From Euprymna scolopes (taxonomy: Eukaryota), in NCBI GenBank assembly GCA_053919585.1, contig CM132791.1: a stretch of DNA of 64,000 nt; one strand, written 5' to 3'. The translations under genes and the position numbers were made by a program. The notes beneath the pieces were generated by a model that saw nothing but the letters and a program-made list of their open reading frames with translations, ran no database searches and had not been told where the DNA came from. Of this stretch, positions 51,307-64,000 are shown in pieces (position 1 is the first letter of the stretch; each line of letters begins with the position of its first letter).

Positions 51307-52656
51307 AACAAGTAGTTAATCAAACATGTTAAAAAACACTTTGAAAAAGAGTTAAAACATATTTAATTTTAGAGAGGAAGCACTAAATAAATGGGTAGTC
51401 CTTAATCCGCGGAGTTTCGAAGAAATACTTTCCTTCTCACCAGAGGGTAGGATTCAGCAAAATGCTGGATCGGATTTTGCTTGCAAAAGTATTAAATGAA
51501 AATACAAGTAAGTCAAATATCTTACTTGATAACAAAAAGTGAAGCAGAGCGAATACNNNNNNNNNNNNNNNNNNNNNNNNNNNNNNNNNNNNNNNNNNNN
51601 NNNNNNNNNNNNNNNNNNNNNNNNNNNNNNNNNNNNNNNNNNNNNNNNNNNNNNNNNNNNNNNNNNNNNNNNNNNNNNNNNNNNNNNNNNNNNNNNNNNN
51701 NNNNNNNNNNNNNNNNNNNNNNNNNNNNNNACCAAAATTTTAAGATATCAACATTTCGGTAATATTCATGTACCAATAAAATCCAAGTCAGTACTCATTG
51801 GCTAAATTGATTAAAATTCATGATTATCGGTTTTAATAATCGAGCATGTATATAATATTTTTGCAAAAATCAATACAACAAAATATGAAAGAGAAACATC
51901 ATACGGTGTATTTCTTTGTTTTACAATTGTTTTATAGCTGTTCGGACAAATTTTAACATTGTATCATTCAAATTTATTCCCAATATAGCTACTCTTCAGA
52001 CACCAAAATACATGAGTCACATACATATGAACATATTAATTATCCCTATTTTAAGTGATCGAAGGGTTGATTCACCTCTTCTTCTCTTTTAAGGACTAAA
52101 GTAGTTGATTTTTCTCTTCCTTTATTCATTTTTTCACACACACACAAACATATATGTGCGTGTGTATGTGTGTATGTATAATTGTGTGTGCGTGTGTTTG
52201 TGTAACATTTTTGGTTCTTACTTTTCTAGGGATAATCCTTATTTCAGGACGAATAACTTCCCTGGGAGTTTTTTTTTTACAAATAGTCTCCCGTACTTTC
52301 TAGGCGCTCCACATTCTAGAATGTGAATGATTACAGAAAACAACTTGAGTGTCTACTAGCTCCTATCCTCAGAAGTCTAGGGTCCCTCTGTAAAGGGGTT
52401 AGTCAGGAAAACTTTACAAGTAAACTCTGACTAAATATTCAAAATCACATATTATTTACGGTCGAAATACTACCCTCTCGGTATGACAAACTCATACTAG
52501 TTTGCTGCTTTTTTTACACGAAATGGTGAACCTTCTCAAAGTGATGTTACCTCAAGTAACAGCACGAAACTGTATACTTATCAAGACAAAAGGAATTCTA
52601 GTAGTAGAATGCAGTAAGACACAGATACCACAAGAAAAGTTTGCCATAACTTTTTA

Positions 52657-52736
52657 TTAGGTTGGTGCAAATATAATGTCGTTTGTTTATATGTATTTGA
52701 GGGTAAAAAAACGACATTATTTTTGCACCAACCTAA
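52657..52736. mobile_element. MADE1-like mariner MITE (80 bp)
   Basis: TA|TTAGGTTGGTGCAAATATAATGTCGTTTGTTT...AAAAAAACGACATTATTTTTGCACCAACCTAA|TA. Confidence 0.88.
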
Positions 52737-52819
52737 TAAATGATCACTTGAGGAAAGGAAAATTGTATTCCACACTTCCTTACAAACTCAGTGTTTGAGA
52801 TGTTAATTAGATGTTTATA

Positions 52820-52881
<62 letters not shown>

Positions 52882-53721
52882 GTGTGTATGTATGTATAAA
52901 TTATTAGCTAAGTGACACGAATGATGATCAACCTGACTGAATGATGATCAACGGATGTTTCACAGCCCTATATTTTTATTGTAATCGACATCGATGAAAT
53001 ATCCCATTTTCAATCAAGTGGGTTGATGCCATGCTCTAATTGGGGACCCATCACGGTACACCTAGATGAAGCTTCACAAGCCTCTCGCTGCAACCAAGTT
53101 CAACATATATTGTTGTATAAATGTCACTAAAGAGAACTTACTGTTCATTTAATATTTTTTGTATATAATGCCTTGCATTAAAGTTAAAATACAAAAGTCA
53201 AGTATCATGCACCAGTTGTGCTCAAAAGATAAACATTCCTTTCGAATACGCCTTTATCATATCAAAGAACTTACTGTTTATTTTATATGCCAGGCATTAC
53301 TGCTTGTGCAGTGATAATAGCTTGAATTTAAGTTTAAAATAAAAAGTAAAGTATGTGAAATTGTGATTTAAAACGAAACATTAATTTAGAAGCGTCCCCG
53401 TCATATAAAAGAGCCTACTGTATATTTATATGCTTGCCCCTTGGCTTGTGTGTTAATAAAAATTAATAAATGCATTTTTATGTTTCGCTGTGTAAGATGT
53501 TAATTTTGGTCAAAAGCACCTGTTCCTTATTTCTTTGGGTTATTTCGATTATCGATTATCGAATATGACCGAAGACATTCCGACGCAAAACCTATCTGAG
53601 AACACTGCCAGTCACATAAAGTACATTCGTGTGAAATTCCATAAAACTCGACCGATCCGTTTTTGAGAATACAGGGAACGAACTCACAGACACACAGATA
53701 TACCGACACACTGACAAAATT

Positions 53722-54330
53722 CCTTTTTTTTTACATGGGGGTCACCACATATCAAAGCCCGAAGGCCATTCAGGGATAAGGGTTATTGCGTGTATATTAA
53801 CTAATTAGATAGTATTGTAGTAATCATTAGTATTGGGGTTTTTGATAGAGTGTCTTACTTAAGTTGGCGGTTTGTCAGGAGTTTGTTTATGTTGGACTTA
53901 AAGACGGTCAAGTTGTAGTCAGGTGGGAAACAGGCAAGCGGCAGAGAGTTCGACTGGCGTGCCATTCTAAGAAAGAAGCTTTGCTCATGGAATCTACGTT
54001 TGGATTTAGGTACAGATAGAGAGTGGGGAAAAATATTGACATTAGTTTCAGCCAGACGGGTGTTTCTCGTGAAAGATTGGCGAGAGGGGACGAGGAATTG
54101 GAGCTCAGACGAGCGCCTCTCATAGAAACAACGATAAAACAAAGACAGGCTCGCAACGTCTCTTCTGTGGGAGAGAGGTTGCAGGGAAGGGAAAAGGGCA
54201 TCCCCCGCTAAACCACGAAGTCTATTTTGTACTCTGTCAAGGGAGGATATGCTGTTTTTAGCAGCTCCTGCCCAGATGTGGCAGCAATACTCCATCCTTG
54301 GACGTAGTTGGCTTTTATACAGATAGAGAA
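53722..54330 (-). mobile_element. CR1-like LINE 3' fragment (best preserved)
   Basis: ORF 53855-54295 MEYCCHIWAGAAK...LSHRRDVASLSLFYR...FKSNINK, plus 3'UTR and poly(A). Truncated by a gap. Confidence 0.92.
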
Positions 54331-55415
54331 NNNNNNNNNNNNNNNNNNNNNNNNNNNNNNNNNNNNNNNNNNNNNNNNNNNNNNNNNNNNNNNNNNNNNN
54401 NNNNNNNNNNNNNNNNNNNNNNNNNNNNNNNNNNNNNNNNNNNNNNNNNNNNNNNNNNNNNNNNNNNNNNNNNNNNNNNNNNNNNNNNNNNNNNNNNNNN
54501 NGCCCATATAAGGAGAGATAGTACTAAACGTTACTTTATTAAAACCAGACAAGATTTACGACTTATTTTTTTTCAGATGCCTAACCAGGTTAACTCCTTG
54601 TTGCCATCAAATTTGTCATAAACTTCTTAATTCCTATCTGAACGTTTTTATTGTTTATTTTCCTGTTCTTTTCCTTTCCACGCCATCCGCTTGTAATCTA
54701 AACGTGTATCCGTGATCCTCATTTTCAGAGTCCCGGAAGGGCGTGTTCTCTTTAACGAAAATGGAGATGTAATGCGAAAGTCAGATTAAAATATGGCGTT
54801 TGAAAACGTCATGTTTCCAAAAATCCGTTAGTCAAAACACTTGATTCGCAAGAACGTATAACTATTTAATATTTCCTACACNNNNNNNNNNNNNNNNNNN
54901 NNNNNNNNNNNNNNNNNNNNNNNNNNNNNNNNNNNNNNNNNNNNNNNNNNNNNNNNNNNNNNNNNNNNNNNNNNNNNNNNNNNNNNNNNNNNNNNNNNNN
55001 NNNNNNNNNNNNNNNNNNNNNNNNNNGTGTTGCTATTTAAGCTGGTAGTTGCGAAAGAGATTGGATTATTCTTTAGACATAGACATGTTAGAGTTTCTCA
55101 ACGAAATCTAAACTGACCCATATGTAAATATGAATTTCAGAAAATACACACAAGACCGTATAACGCCGCCATCGAATTAAATTCACATCTGCTAAAGATG
55201 GCGGTTTCAAAAACAAAGTGGCACGAAAAAAGCAATCTCCGCGAAATCGTACGTTAGAAGTTTGTTCTCCTGTTATTTTAAGTTTGGCAAAATCTATTGC
55301 AAACAAAGATCTGTATTTCTTGTGGGTGGTCTGCTCACTGTTTTTTTCTCTGATTTTTTTTCTAATATTCAGTTAGTGATTCTTAACGAGTTAAACTGTT
55401 ATTATACAGCAATTG

Positions 55416-55927
55416 CACGAGAGTCTTTCTAAAAGTAATGCCTCCTATTTTTATTTTGCTTTAATGGATTAGAGGGTATAAAAAATTACATTGTTATGAT
55501 GACTGAACTGATGCATTTATGATGTGAAAGTTCCATCCTTCTGTTGCAGATATGAACGATGGTATTCTTTAAGGAATTAAGCCTGTCAAAAACGTATTTA
55601 GAAGCAGAGATGCGTCATAAAATTCCTTAATTTAGAAAAAAATGTTACCGATTTACAATTATCGTTACGAGATGAGTTCGTGGATTCCAGATTGGTGTCA
55701 AAGATGTGACAAAGTGCGCTACAGAAACTTATACACAGCCACCATATAATCAGTGACAAAAGTGCACAAAAATGGTGTTGTCTGTGTAGAAAATTATACT
55801 CTGAAGCAGAAAAGGACACTTGTTGGAATGGTAAAATTCCTGCTTTCGTAGCCATTAATTTTTTTTAATGAAAAAGTGTATGCGTTACAATAGTAACGCA
55901 TACACTTTTTCATACGACTTTCTTATA
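55416..55927 (+). mobile_element. Mariner-derived deletion derivative
   Basis: TIR-like cacgagagtctttctaaaagtaatgcctcctattttt and KQRCVIKFLNLEK (mariner N-terminus). Related to 61119-61430 and the TIRs at 36129/36276. Confidence 0.6.
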
Positions 55928-56771
55928 TTAATAATTCATACAAGAAGACTATGAAATAAACGATTCTAATAGACTAAATACATATATTAAAGACACAGTT
56001 GAAGGAAGCATTTCAATGTATGTTTTGGTGTAATTTAAAGACGAATTAATGCATCTAGATCGGAATGTTGTCCGTGGGGTAAAATAGTAAATATCCACTA
56101 AATAATGTCCGTCGTATATTAACTGGGAAATTGTTAAATGGTGTTAATCGGAATTTTAATTTATATACACTTAAAGAGTTTGAATTTTAAAGAAATGTTT
56201 GTTATTTTATACTATATTTATATTTAGTTATTTAATATCTTAACAATATAAAATTATTTATAAATACACGAATATTCTAATAATATATAAGAAAAAACGT
56301 TTTATTTGGTTATGTATAATAATGAAGTATGGTTATGTATGTTATAATATGCTAAAATATAAAATATGTGCTAATACAAAAATACGTTTGATTTTATTTG
56401 TTAAATAATACGTTTTAAAAATTAAATTATAACCCAGCATGAAATATTACTGGATGTTAATATAAAAAATAACTTTAATCACCACATTATTCTTTACTCT
56501 TTTCTTTCCTTACAGACGTCTGAAATGAAAAGAAAATTCAAACAATAAATAAAATCCCAAATAAAAATTAATTACATATAAAAAGGCAACAGAAATGAAA
56601 GGCTCTTAAACAACGACAAAATTTTGCCTGACGTCCATCAAGGATCAAAACTGCTCGACGAAAATAGCTGACAAAACTTCACTCGGCAACCTAATACACA
56701 TCTTACCAACCGAAACAAGAAACAATTCCTGGCAGATTGAAAAAAGTTAACAGAAAAATAAGAAATATATA

Positions 56772-58363
56772 CAGTGCTACGGAAAAGTGTTGGATACATT
56801 ACATTTTTCTTCATAACTTTAATTAGGGTTCAAGATTTTACCTAAAATTTAGTCAGTATATTGCTATTCTAAATTATATTTGGAATAGTAATTACAAAAT
56901 CAAAGTTTAAAAAGTTTATATTTAAGGAAAAATATGAATTAACAAACGCAAAAGTATTGGATAAACTTTTTAAAATAAAATTTTCTGCAATAAAGTTAAA
57001 TGGTTTTTGCTGAGCGTGTTGCAATAATGCGAACGTGTTATCACTAACCAATCAGAGAGCTTTATATTAAAATAATTTAATAATTTTTTTCCAGTTTGGA
57101 CCCACTCCTCCAAAGTAAGCCAGTGCATTTATAAAAATGTCTAAAACTAAAGAGATGTCAATAGACATTCGTCAAAAATCATTGATAAGCACAAAGAAGG
57201 AAAGGGTATCGAATAATATCAAGGGAACTTAATCTACCACTTCGTACATTTGGAAACGTTATTAGAAAGTTTAAAAACCCTGGTGAAGCTATTGCAAATC
57301 TTCCAATATGTGGTCAGCTAAGGAAATTAAACGAAAAAAAATCAAGGTGAGTAACCAGAAAGGTACAAAAAATCCTTTTTCTTACTCGTTGTGAAATTCA
57401 AACCGACCCCAGAGAAGCTGGGATTAATGTGAGCAAGGATACAATCAGTAGAGTTCTAAATCGTGCAGCTTTTGTATCAAGGACCCCAAGAAAAGTTCCA
57501 TTATTGAACCTTAAACATGTCAGAATACGTTTAAATTATGTTAAAACATATGGGGAACAACCCCAATAATTTTGCAACAAGGTAATTTGATTCAGACGAA
57601 ACAGAAATCGAAATCATGGAAGCAACATATGTATAGCGTAAAAATGGCCCCGCCTCTAACAAAAAGAATACCATTCCTACGTTAAAGTTTGGCGGAGCTT
57701 CGATAATAGTATTGGGGTGTTTTTCATCTAAAGGTACTGGTGAACTAGAAATCATAAATGGTAGAATGAATGGACGTATGTATAAGGAGATTTTGGAGAA
57801 AAACCTCCAGAAATCTTCTGATTTGTTGGGACATAATAGCAATTTCATGTTTTAGCAGGACAATGATCCCAAGCATACTGCCAAACTAACCAAAGAATAG
57901 CTTAGAAATAACGGAATTGAAGTTCTTACTTGGCCCAGTCAGTCTCCATACCTCAACCCAATTGAAAATGTGTTGAAAATATTGAAGAGCAATATTTACA
58001 AGAGGAATCCACAAAATATTCAACAACTAGAACAGTTCTGCAAAGAAGAATGGCGTAAAATACCTGCATATCTTTGAAAAAAAAAAACATGTGTGCAACT
58101 ATAGAAAGCGATTGGAAGCTGTTAGATGCAATAAAAGCTATACACCCAATTATTGAATCAATGTATCCAATACTCTTGCGTTAGTTGATTTATATTTTTC
58201 ATTTAATAAATAAACCTTAATATAAACTTTCTAAACTTCAATTTTGTAATTACTACCCAGAATATTATTTAGAATATTTATAGGAATATACTAACCAAAT
58301 TTTAGGTAAAATCTTGAACCCTAATTTAAGTTAAAATGTATCCAATACTTTTGCTTGGCACCG
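56772..58363 (+). mobile_element. Full-length dead Tc1-like (DD34E) transposon with long IR/DR ends
   Basis: TA|CAGTGC...GCACCG ends, with ~215-bp TIRs each carrying inner and outer aaagt.ttggata direct repeats. Transposase 57137-58156 reads MSKTKEMSIDIRQK, SDETEIE, QDNDPKHTAK, WPSQSPYLNPIEN; multiple stops and frameshifts. Confidence 0.95.
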
Positions 58364-58367
58364 TGTT

Positions 58368-58425
<58 letters not shown>

Positions 58426-59322
58426 TGTGTGTGTGTGTAAGGTTGGTGCAAAAACTATACCGTTTTCTCACATATGTTACTTTAATATATGATTCCTGAA
58501 TTAATTTATTGATATATATAGCCATGTTATATATCATTATCCGCTCTATCGAATTGTGTTATTCGTTTTCGTTCTCAATCTCTTCATTACATTTTTGCTT
58601 TTCGACGGCATTGACAAAATTCAAATCCACACGATTTTCTTTGTTCCAATTCAAATTAGTTTTGGGTATGAGCACTTTAAATTTTAGATATAGGTTACTT
58701 GATCATGGATCAAACTTCATAATTTGATTTGAGCTCCAAACAATAAATACTAAGGGATCAGAATTGGAGTCAAAGTTTTAAAAAATTTTACTTTTGCGAT
58801 CTCTAGCAAATATTAAGCCAATTTTTGGTCTAAACATTGTAAATTTTACATAAAGTGTATTCAGACATAGGCGAAGATTTTTCATCTATTTTTGGCCGAA
58901 AAGTTGGCTGCCAAGGTGTCAACGTTTAAACAATTTGACTTTTGCGATGTTTAGCAAATATTAAGCCAATTTGGAGCTTAAACATTGTAAGTTTTAAATA
59001 AAGGATATTCAGATATGCAGCAAGCTTTTTAAGTAGTTTTCTGGCGAAAATTTCGCTGCCAAGGGGTCAGAGTTCAAAGACTTGAACTTTACATGCTCTA
59101 CAGAATTTCTCCGCTCATTTTTTGTCTAAAACTTTTAGATGTAGGTTACGTGGACATGATTCAAACATTTTAATTTAATTTGAACCAAAAACAATAAATG
59201 TTAAGGGTCAAAATTGGTGTCGAAGTACACAATAATTAAACCTCAGCTGTCTCTACCAACTTTTCTCTATATTAATAAAGGAAGCCTATTATATAAAAAG
59301 GCATCATGGTACATATGCATAC

Positions 59323-59396
<74 letters not shown>

Positions 59397-59446
59397 TAAA
59401 GTTATAAACAGTACATAGGGCCCGAGCAAATCGGGCTGAACTGCTA

Positions 59447-59516
<70 letters not shown>

Positions 59517-60074
59517 ATGTTATATATTTTATTTTGTATCTGCGATACATTTTGAATGAATTCAATTATATATACCAAGGTGCATTTTAACCTAAATGAG
59601 AGCTGGGAATTATTTTCATTATTACCGATTTCGTACCCCAAAATGGAGAGCGGCATATATAATTTTTTTAAAATATAATTATCCACTGACACGTGTTTCG
59701 TCGTCTTACATATGTATATGATATTTATCTTACTCTGTTCTTCTGTCGGTTTGTCTCTCTTCTCCACTTTTTTCTCGACGGCTACTAGACGGATCCGTTT
59801 GAAATTTTGTATAGACCATATTCATGATAGGATTCATTGAACTATGTATTATAACGTCTGTTCGATGAAGAGTAAGTGATAAATAAGATTTGCTATTTAG
59901 TTGGTCGATCTGGTTGAAGTTTTGTATTGAATTTGATTGTAACAAGGTGCAGCGAAATAAGTATATTAGTTAATATTTATTGCAATAATTTGCCCAAATG
60001 TAACCGTATTCATCAATCAGTTTGCAACAAAACACATAACTAAGTTCAATGGGCTTTAACTTTTGCAGTTTTAT

Positions 60075-60525
60075 TACTTGGGGATCACCACTTATCAAGA
60101 CCCGAAGGACACGCGGGAGTAAGAGTTAATGAATGTAAGGTCATAATGAAGTAATAGTTTATGATATAAATCGGGTTGAATTTGATTATTTAGGATGACG
60201 ACTTAACAGAAACTTGTTTACATTAGATTTGAAGGCTACCATGTTGTATTTAGCCGTGAAGTATATCAGCAGAACCGTGTTCCAAAGGCGGCTAGTTCGT
60301 GGAAAGAAGCTTTGTTCGTGGAATCTACGTTTAGATTTAGGCACTGATAGAGAGTGGGGAAAACATATATAGTGGTTGTAGCTATTCGAGTGTTTTTGTA
60401 AAAGGTTTGGCGAGGAAGGGCTATAGATTGGAGTTCAAACGAGCATTTAGCGACATATCAGAAACAGGTTCGTGACGTCTCTTCCGCGCGAAAGATGTTG
60501 CAGAAAAAAGGGGCATCACCTTTTT
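60075..60525 (-). mobile_element. CR1-like LINE 3' fragment
   Basis: SVPKSKRRFHEQSFFPRTSRLWNTV motif plus family 3'UTR. Confidence 0.85.
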
Positions 60526-61037
60526 TAACGTGTTACAGAATCTAATTTATTTATATTACCATTAATTAGCACTGAGTAATATATAAATATCAAGTTATCT
60601 ATCCTAACATAGTAACAATATTTAATTTGTGACAAATGGAATAAGATGCGGGAACACTGATTTCTTCTTTTCTTTTCCAATCGATTCTCAATCTACAACG
60701 CTTCCTGGTTTTCCTTAGAAGCCCCCGTCTTCATTGTAAAATATCCTTTGGATCTTTACGTATTATTTTCAATAGTTTTTTTTTTAATTCTAGGGTCAAG
60801 CGAAGATGAAAAGGGCGCCAACCCGTCGGAAAATGTTAGTGTGCATTGGTGTTGAGACAAGACATCACCAGACTAGCTCATGATTCGTTCCGAAATGCGA
60901 TCTGGTTGTTACTTCTGGCGGGACAGTATGACATGAAAGAATGAAGGCTTTGATCGCCAAAAGAAATCACAAAAATTCTTGAAGCATGTTCTCCTTAATT
61001 AACGCAAGCTAATATGAGTATATATTTCGGTATCCTG

Positions 61038-61118
<81 letters not shown>

Positions 61119-61120
<2 letters not shown>

Positions 61121-61430
61121 AGGGATGTTCCAAAATTAATACCTCCTATTATTTTTATTTCGCCAGAATGTATCAGACGGAATTGTAAATTTCATTTATA
61201 TGATTATCAAACATATGCATACATAAGTTGAAAGTTTCATCTCACTGTTGCAGATATTGACGGTGTGAGACCCTAATGAACACGCTCTGTCGTGGACGTG
61301 CATCAGATGTTGAGATGCATCATTGAATTTCTGGTAAAAGTTCATGGACATTAGTGATGACTATGTAGAAAAATGAATTGCGGAGCACAAAAGGTCGCTC
61401 GTTGAAACGATACCACCTCTGTCCTCGTAG
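61119..61430 (+). mobile_element. Mariner-derived 5' fragment
   Basis: TIR-like agagggatgttccaaaattaatacctcctatt follows (TA)n; RCIIEFLVK; homologous to 55416-55650. Confidence 0.55.
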
Positions 61431-61739
61431 TNNNNNNNNNNNNNNNNNNNNNNNNNNNNNNNNNNNNNNNNNNNNNNNNNNNNNNNNNNNNNNNNNNNNN
61501 NNNNNNNNNNNNNNNNNNNNNNNNNNNNNNNNNNNNNNNNNNNNNNNNNNNNNNNNNNNNNNNNNNNNNNNNNNNNNNNNNNNNNNNNNNNNNNNNNNNN
61601 NNNNNNNNNNNNNNNNNNNNNNNNNNGTTCATTCCTGCCAAAGCATATCGCCACTGGAACATAAATATAAATATACCCATCTCGGACACATTATCACCAT
61701 GCCTAGGAAAGATTAACAAGATATTGGTTTACGTTACAT

Positions 61740-63520
61740 TTAAATTTTACATATCAGTATAGCCAGCGAAGCAGGTAGCAGGAAGGGAATTCCAAAGCCT
61801 ACCTTTCGAGGAAAGAACCTATTAGAGTAGAACGCTATATGGCATTTAGCAACCTCAACATTGAAGAGGTTAGATTTAGTTTTAAAGCAGGTTTGTCGGG
61901 GATATGTACGTCCAGGGGATACAAATGCTCCACGTTCATTAGAGCACATTCCATTAAAATATTTGTACAACCGGGACAGAGATGCAATGTATCGATGATA
62001 GCACTAGGTTTGGAGTTTAGTTTACAAAGTGGGACCTATTAGATTGAAAACTCTTTTTGGATCCTATCCAAGAGGGAAAGACGATTAGCAGATGCACCAG
62101 CCCAGATGTGGCAATAATACTCCATGCATGGGCAAAATTTGACCTTGAAGATGTATAGAATACTCTCAGATCTGAGTAGTTTTCTAGCTCGACAGAAGGA
62201 ACCTACCTTCTTTGCAGCAGCCTTCACAATGTACGCAATGCACTTGCTCCAGTTCATATTTCCCGTGAATATTAAGCCGAGGAGTTTAAAGGAATAATTC
62301 TCATGTAGAGTGCTATTTGTCATGGAGATCGGCGGTTGGAGAAGCGTCCTGTAATTTTGAAAGCAGATCAACTTTAAGTTAAATGTTACCATCAATGTGC
62401 AACCTCATTCCACGACGGTCTGGAGATAATTTTCTAACGATTCTGCCATTGTCTAAGGTTTATGTTTATCCGATCCTCGCTCATGCATGTTATAGGATAT
62501 TGTATCAACAGCAAATATACCCATCTCGGACACAATATTATTAAGGAGGTCGTTTATGAATATCAGTAATAATAGTGCCCCAAGAATTGACCTTTGAGGC
62601 ACTCCCGCATTAATGTTCTGTTACTTGGATATACGTCCATCGATGACAACCTGTATAGTCCTATTGCAATGGTAATAATTGATTAGGCAATAATTGAGAC
62701 GGTTAGTTATTTCCCCCAAATTCTTATAAACTGGTACGATGTAGGCCAATTTCCAATTATTAATGTAGCAAGATTCAGCAAAACATTACTTTTAGAGCTT
62801 GAAAAGTATGCGGGCTAACTCAGCTGATTATTTCTTTATTAGTAAAGCATGGATGAGAGCAGGCCCACACGCCTTGGAGTGTCCGATCTGAGATGATTTT
62901 GACATTATCTAGCGTGGCTTCAGTCCGCATAGGGATATTTGGCAGGGAGTTGTTTATTGGCTCTAAAGTGAAATTGGAGGTGAATCGCCGGACTAGCAGT
63001 TCCGCCTTCCCAGTAGCCGTGCCTGCGACCACCTGGTTGTTGGATACTGGAGGAATTACTGATTGCCCTTTATTTACTAGACTATCATAGAGTTTCCAGA
63101 AACCATGAGTTCCTATCCTTTGCGAATCTATGCGTTCCCTGATTATTTCAGCATGCTTTCTTTTGGCTGTCGCTACTTCTCGCTTACAATGATTTCTAGC
63201 ATTTATGAATTTTTGACTATTTGTATTTGACATGACGTACGAACTAGCAGAATGCATGCTGTCTTTGTGCTGCACAATCTGTAACAAACCACGGAGTGAG
63301 TGGGACTTGCTCTAATACTTCCGTCTGAGAGCATGTACTTCAATGCTTGCTTTTTCTCATTGCCACACTGTTAAGCAAGAAGAAGGAAGATATCGGTGTC
63401 ATGTGTTCTCTGATGGCTTTCCAATCAGCCCTTTTGTAGTACCTTGTTGCTTTGAGCAATGACTCTTTATCTTGGGGTTGAGATTTAAGTGTGATTTCAA
63501 TTGATGCCACTAGGTGGGCA
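61740..63520 (-). mobile_element. CR1-like LINE ORF2, large degraded fragment (EN linker to RT C-terminus)
   Basis: GFWKLYDSLVNKGQSVIPP, AGVPQRSILGALLLLIFINDL and CPCMEYYCHIWAGAS motifs; internal deletions and stops. Confidence 0.9.
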
Positions 63521-64000
63521 GCGTTTCCAAAGTAAACATATCTAAGAACACTGTGAAATTTGCAACAGATAAGCCCAGTCGTTTCGGCATCTATGGGGAA
63601 TGAAACTCACACACACAAAGTGATGTTTATATAATAGTACATATTTATGTAGCATCCTTTATTGCTCTGTTCCGAGTTGTAGGTTTGTATAGTACATGTT
63701 CTGCTGTCCAGATACAATTTTTCCCGGTATTATTTTAAAAAAAAAAATATTTGGTGTAGTATATGGTTCAAGGATATTAAGTCATCATCCCATGTATTAC
63801 TTTTATCCTTTGTAAGGTAGTGTAATATCTGTTTTTATCATAAAAAGATGACAAGAGACAAAGACGTTATTCCTTTTAAAGGGGCAGTGTACTATCTCTT
63901 CTGTGGTCATTATTTCAATCCCAAGAGAATAACTTTTCGTTTTGTAAATGTGGTGTCCACACCGCCCCGATCTACCATTTTTTCGAAAGCAATTGCTTAA

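Larger units (their letters stand above)
8687..61626. other. Ten assembly gaps (N runs, ~130-380 bp)
   Basis: 8687-8816, 14267-14414, 19603-19747, 24043-24418, 25251-25378, 46689-46821, 51557-51730, 54331-54501, 54882-55026, 61432-61626. Confidence 0.97.

Noticed and set aside
8687-61626. N runs of exon-like size as masked exons, and ORFs spanning them
   Set aside because: Flanks lack consistent AG/GT, and several gaps fall inside TEs or next to TA tracts, as expected for scaffold gaps. The ORFs are open only because of the Ns.

Overview
AT-rich eukaryotic (metazoan) draft-assembly DNA with 10 N-gaps and many (TA)n, (ATT)n and (GA)n microsatellites. An invertebrate, possibly a mollusc/cephalopod, is suggested by the 5S-like sequence and repeat landscape, but that is inference only. 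I can support no intact host protein-coding gene: the ORFs are transposon debris, microsatellite read-through or N-gap artefacts. The window is dominated by decayed transposable elements: about 10 CR1-like LINE fragments (mostly minus strand), three Penelope-like RT+GIY-YIG copies (two head-to-head), one full-length dead IR/DR Tc1 element, and maT (DD37D)-, rosa (DD41D)- and mariner-type relics. It also holds 80-bp MADE1-like MITEs, several non-autonomous Helitron-like families, fold-back MITEs and two possible LTR relics. The most unusual signals are (i) a dispersed 5S-rRNA-derived (SINE3-like) family, twice joined to an RTE-LINE 3' end; (ii) a Penelope-associated module combining a tRNA-like Pol III promoter with a degenerate minimal hammerhead ribozyme; (iii) Helitron-like elements carrying tRNA-like A/B boxes; and (iv) a mosaic of old local duplications between ~28-34, ~40-44 and ~47-51 kb. 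Coordinates and homologies were read by eye and are approximate.
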